A stretch of 29,857 nucleotides of DNA from positions 1-29,857 of IMG/VR virus record IMGVR_UViG_3300020432_000034; one strand, given 5' to 3'. Positions within the stretch are counted from its first letter, which is position 1. Each line of letters starts with the position of its first letter. A model generated the notes under the pieces. It was not told the DNA's origin and ran no database searches. It saw nothing but the letters and a program-made list of their open reading frames with translations. The DNA is from a virus (lineage: Duplodnaviria > Caudoviricetes). Both the position numbers and the translations under genes were made by a program. Of this stretch, positions 28,332-29,857 are shown one piece after another.

Positions 28332-28958
28332 TTGGAAATACCTGAGATACATATACCTGATGTTCATATTCCATATACTTATGTGCCTGACTATGGGCAT
28401 TCAAATGTACAAATTATAGGTTGCACTTACTACCACAGAGATACAAAAAATACAGGCAATAGAAATTTAATTATAGAAGACCCTAATGGTGTAATTAGTA
28501 ATTGTCCGTACCCTAGTTTTAACCCATTGGACTATGTACCAGATCAATTAACAATTACAGAAGAAATGCCTAATCTTGCTAATGAAAGTGAGATGCCAAC
28601 AAGTGAACCACCTAAAGCTGAGACAACAAACAATGAAAAGAAAGAAGAAGAGTACGAACCTTGCCCACCAAAGGACGCACCATTTAGGCAAGGAGATTAC
28701 AGAAATGATAAAAAAATTGAAAGATTGGTAAAATGGGAGAGAAATATATCAGATGGTTCTTGTGACCCGATCTGGGAAAACGTACCATACAGAGAAAGTA
28801 TTATCGGAACTCCCGAAATACTTATTAGCACTACTGTTATTGGCTTGGTTGCCGGTGGTTCTGCTGCTCTTGTACCCTTGATACAGGGAGCAGCGAAGTC
28901 AGCTATAAAACAATTAGGTAAACGTCTAGGTAAATCTCATGACAAAGAAAAAGGATAA
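28332..28958 (+). CDS. Conserved cyanophage-type protein with Cys pairs and C-terminal TM segment
   Basis: TTG start abutting the upstream stop; IPEIHIPD repeats, IGCTYYHRD, CPYPSFNP, TTVIGLVAGGSAALVPLI. Confidence 0.7.
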   Translation: MEIPEIHIPDVHIPYTYVPDYGHSNVQIIGCTYYHRDTKNTGNRNLIIEDPNGVISNCPYPSFNPLDYVPDQLTITEEMPNLANESEMPTSEPPKAETTNNEKKEEEYEPCPPKDAPFRQGDYRNDKKIERLVKWERNISDGSCDPIWENVPYRESIIGTPEILISTTVIGLVAGGSAALVPLIQGAAKSAIKQLGKRLGKSHDKEKG

Positions 28959-28966
28959 GGTATAAT
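28939..28966 (+). promoter_or_regulatory. Possible sigma70-type promoter pointing into the convergent intergenic region
   Basis: ATGACA-N16-TATAAT (perfect -10, 5/6 match at -35). Confidence 0.35.
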
Positions 28967-29022
28967 AATAAAGATAGTTAACATGACTATTACGCTTGTG
29001 AACTAAGCCTAAGTAACTAACC

Positions 29023-29055
29023 TAGATGCTGTAACATCTATCTCTTACAGGAGAT
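29023..29055. other. Tandem hairpins with mutually complementary loops
   Basis: TAGATG-CTGTAA-CATCTA and ATCTC-TTACAG-GAGAT; the loops are exact reverse complements. Confidence 0.5.
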
Positions 29056-29060
29056 TATGG

Positions 29061-29777
29061 TTAGTTACTTTTTAATTTGTGTGTATGTGGAATAACTTGA
29101 CCGGGAGGAACAGTAACTGCAATGCCTTCGCATATTGTTGCAAACTTTCCTGTAAATTGAACACCAAGTTTAGCTTGTTCACCACATACTTTTAGCCGAA
29201 ACAGAGCGACCTCTAGCTCAGTTTTCTTATACAATAATTCCTGATTTTTTATATTTATTTCTGTTGCCTTATGACATAGTGCAGGTGCTTTGCCTAGCGG
29301 AATACTAAACTGTGCTGATATACCATAGTTTAAATTGTAGTTATCCTTCTCAAACCTTGGTGTACGCTGATAATATTTAATCTCACCTGTGTCTTCGTTG
29401 TAAATTGGCTGAACAGTTTCTGTTTCTATAGGTCGGTTAAATGACCATGAGTCTGTAAGAAAAGGTGTAATGGTAAGGCTAGGTGAACTACAAACAATAC
29501 CCTGCGACATTCTAAACTGCGGATTAGATTGCGGAGCTATCATAGTGGCATTGTTATTTACCGTTCCCTGTGCGTTGCTAGATGGGCTTGCAACGGTTGT
29601 ATTAGCTAAAACCTTTGTTGGACATAGACAAAGTAAAACTACTGCCCAAACGTGGTTTCTACGGTGGTTGTAGTTGTTGTGTTTATTACCCGGTTGATTG
29701 TGGTTATTGTGTCTAGGCCGGGAGAAATTATTGATTCGACTAAGCTGAAAGGTTGACCTGCATTTACTATTTTCCAT
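29061..29777 (-). CDS. Secreted/outer-membrane protein, cyanophage type (start uncertain)
   Basis: Signal-peptide-like RRNHVWAVVLLCLCPTKVLA/NTT; GIVCSSPSLTITPF, NYGISAQFSIPLG, RLKVCGE, PPGQVIPHTH. Confidence 0.7.
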   Translation of the reverse strand: MENSKCRSTFQLSRINNFSRPRHNNHNQPGNKHNNYNHRRNHVWAVVLLCLCPTKVLANTTVASPSSNAQGTVNNNATMIAPQSNPQFRMSQGIVCSSPSLTITPFLTDSWSFNRPIETETVQPIYNEDTGEIKYYQRTPRFEKDNYNLNYGISAQFSIPLGKAPALCHKATEINIKNQELLYKKTELEVALFRLKVCGEQAKLGVQFTGKFATICEGIAVTVPPGQVIPHTHKLKSN

Positions 29778-29857
29778 CTAGGCACACCTTCCAACGTAGG
29801 ACTTGTATATGAAAAGTTGATTCCATTAACTGTTTGTTCAGCTTCTGCTGTAGGTAT
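29639..29857 (-). CDS. Cyanophage-type outer-membrane protein, C-terminal part (5'-partial, not in ORF track)
   Basis: Open frame from the window end: IPTAEAEQTVNGINFSYTSPTLEGVPRWKIVNAGQPFSLVESIISPGLDTITTINRVINTTTTTTVETTFGQ-stop. Confidence 0.7.
   Translation of the reverse strand: MPTAEAEQTVNGINFSYTSPTLEGVPRWKIVNAGQPFSLVESIISPGLDTITTINRVINTTTTTTVETTFGQ

Noticed and set aside
29470-29673. 67-aa + strand ORF
   Set aside because: Antisense shadow of the minus-strand membrane protein genes.
1-29857. tRNA, rRNA, CRISPR array, integrase, endolysin
   Set aside because: None is recognisable; intergenic spaces are too short and there is no regular repeat-spacer structure.

Overview
This window is an AT-rich (by eye) structural/morphogenesis arm of a short-tailed dsDNA phage with BPP-1/APSE-like head and tail genes. 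Gene order: TerS (partial), TerL, a 2OG-Fe(II) hydroxylase plus GNAT insert, portal, staple-like protein, three tiny basic ORFs, Bbp19-like protein, scaffold, major capsid, cement, adaptor, nozzle, three ejection proteins, three tail-fibre genes with small helpers, then a cyanophage-type membrane-protein cluster on both strands. A marine picocyanobacterial host is inferred, not shown. Main signals: (1) a 124-aa acidic ORF with a perfect Shine-Dalgarno overprinted in the +1 frame across a putative ADP-ribosyltransferase domain of the 2667-aa ejection protein, with host-frame codon use shifted to keep it open (candidate nested immunity gene); (2) four copies of a promoter-like motif GTGTRACCGTAA-N16-TAnnnT at module boundaries; (3) three unannotated ~50-aa basic proteins sharing a C-terminal (L/M)Y(G/P/S) tag with the scaffold (candidate capsid-loading signal); (4) systematic avoidance of CCWGG and GGWCC. 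Family assignments come from motif recognition and synteny only; no database searches were run.
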